From: a virus
Lineage: Duplodnaviria > Caudoviricetes
Length of the DNA: 36,508 nt
Direction: 5' to 3' (one strand)
Virus record (IMG/VR): IMGVR_UViG_3300040806_002667
Location: 1 to 36,508 of that record
Positions within the stretch are counted from its first letter, which is position 1. Each line of letters starts with the position of its first letter. The notes below the pieces were generated by a model, which was not told the origin of the DNA, did not search any database, and was given only the letters and a program-made list of their open reading frames with translations. Both the position numbers and the translations under genes were made by a program. This document shows, in pieces, positions 35,381-36,508 of the stretch.

Positions 35381-36508
35381 GCAACACTCATCAGCTAAAC
35401 GCAGAGGCGGCGCTTCTCGGCGGCGCGATGGTCGACATCAAAGGCTATCTTGAGGCGCGCGCGACTCTCTCCGCCGCTGACTTTACCGACCCGCTTCATC
35501 GCCAGATCTGGGGAGCGATCGGGGAGCTCGTCGAGAAGGGGAAGCCGACCTATGCGACCGACGTCCTCTCCCACCTTCAAAGCAAGGGCGAAGTAAATGA
35601 GGAGCGCTTTCTTCAGGTCGCGTCTCATATCCCGATTGGGACAAGCGGTCTAACTGACAAGCTCAAGACGAGCGGAACGCGGCGCCAGATCGAGGCGGCG
35701 ATTCATCAGGTCGCGGGATGGTTCACCGAGGGAGACGTCGAGAACGAAGAGCTCATCGCGAAAGCTCAAGAGACCTTCCTCTCTCTCGGCGCGAGCTCAC
35801 ATCAAAACCGGAACGGCCTCGAGCTCATCAGCGGACCCGTCGAAGAGGCGATCGACGATATCGAGCGGATCCAGAAGAGCGGAGAGACGACCGGCTTAAA
35901 GAGCGGGATCTCCTCCCTCGACAAATCCATCGGCGGCTTCAAGCCAGGCGCGCTCTATATCCTCGCCGCGCGTCCCGCGATGGGGAAGACTGCGCTCGCG
36001 CTCAACATCGCAAGCGCCGTTTCTCTCAAGGAGCACGTCGCCTTCTTCAGCTTGGAGATGCCAAAGAAGCAGATAGGCCAGCGCCTTCTCTCCTCTTACT
36101 CTGGCGTCTCCGTCCAGCGCATCGACGAGGCGACGGTCAAGACCGACGAGATCCCCCACCTCGTCAGCGCGGCGGAGTCGATCAAGGATAACAAGCTCTG
36201 GGTAGATGACAGTGCGGGATCGAGCGTCAGCTATATCAAGGGTCAACTTCGACTCCTCCAGAGTAAACAGATCGAGATCGGGATGGTCGTCATCGACTAT
36301 CTCCAGCTCATGGGAGGGAGCAAGAAGGGCGCGCGCCGATCTAGAGAGCAAGAGGTCTCCGAGATCTCGCGATCGCTTAAGGAGCTCGCGAAGGACTTCG
36401 ACTGTCCAGTGATCTGCTTAAGTCAGCTCAATCGCGGCGTCGAGAGTCGACCTAACAAGCGACCTCTCCTCTCTGATCTGCGCGAGAGCGGATCAATCGA
36501 GCAAGATG
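35377..36508 (+). CDS. dnaB: DnaB helicase, 5' part (runs off the window end)
   Basis: GTG at 35377 (GTGA overlap): MSNTHQLNAEAALLGGAM...DFTDPLHRQIW; in frame with ARPAMGKT near 35970. Confidence 0.95.
   Translation, partial: MSNTHQLNAEAALLGGAMVDIKGYLEARATLSAADFTDPLHRQIWGAIGELVEKGKPTYATDVLSHLQSKGEVNEERFLQVASHIPIGTSGLTDKLKTSGTRRQIEAAIHQVAGWFTEGDVENEELIAKAQETFLSLGASSHQNRNGLELISGPVEEAIDDIERIQKSGETTGLKSGISSLDKSIGGFKPGALYILAARPAMGKTALALNIASAVSLKEHVAFFSLEMPKKQIGQRLLSSYSGVSVQRIDEATVKTDEIPHLVSAAESIKDNKLWVDDSAGSSVSYIKGQLRLLQSKQIEIGMVVIDYLQLMGGSKKGARRSREQEVSEISRSLKELAKDFDCPVICLSQLNRGVESRPNKRPLLSDLRESGSIEQD
35811..36508 (+). repeat. Right copy of terminal direct repeat
   Basis: Offset of 35810 from 1-698. 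Confidence 0.95.

Noticed and set aside
35811-36508. Second dnaB paralogue or true terminal repeat of the virion DNA
   Set aside because: Both ends cut the same gene and join into a single ORF; the 127-bp exact end overlap suggests assembly circularity

Overview
Essentially a complete, circularly permuted ~35.8-kb tailed-phage genome (siphovirus-like, GC-rich by eye). The window opens inside dnaB and ends by re-reading the same 698 bp (35811-36508 corresponds to 1-698), but the two copies are different alleles over 118-571. Modules: lambdoid-type replication (initiator with intragenic iterons, DnaC-like loader, DnaB); terS; an accessory block (thyX, GHKL/HSP90-like ATPase, SSB, unknowns); an inverted terL; a Mu-like head module (DUF935-type portal, gpI-like protease/scaffold with extra N-terminal domains, decoration protein, major capsid, gpF-like protein); a non-contractile tail with a -1 frameshifted chaperone; CHAP endolysin and holin; a 10x73-aa repeat tail fibre followed by three lower-GC beta-rich genes; spanin-like genes; and a leftward early operon (RHH regulator, RecT-like annealase). 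No integrase, tRNA, CRISPR array or reverse transcriptase was seen. Best candidates for new biology: a ~230-nt multi-domain structured element between dnaB and terS, a pseudoknot-stimulated tail frameshift, a possible heterotrimeric C1q-like fibre tip cassette, the stand-alone GHKL ATPase with a structured leader, and synonymous recoding in the fibre repeats and dnaB alleles. All calls come from motif reading and hand alignment; no searches or folding programs were run.
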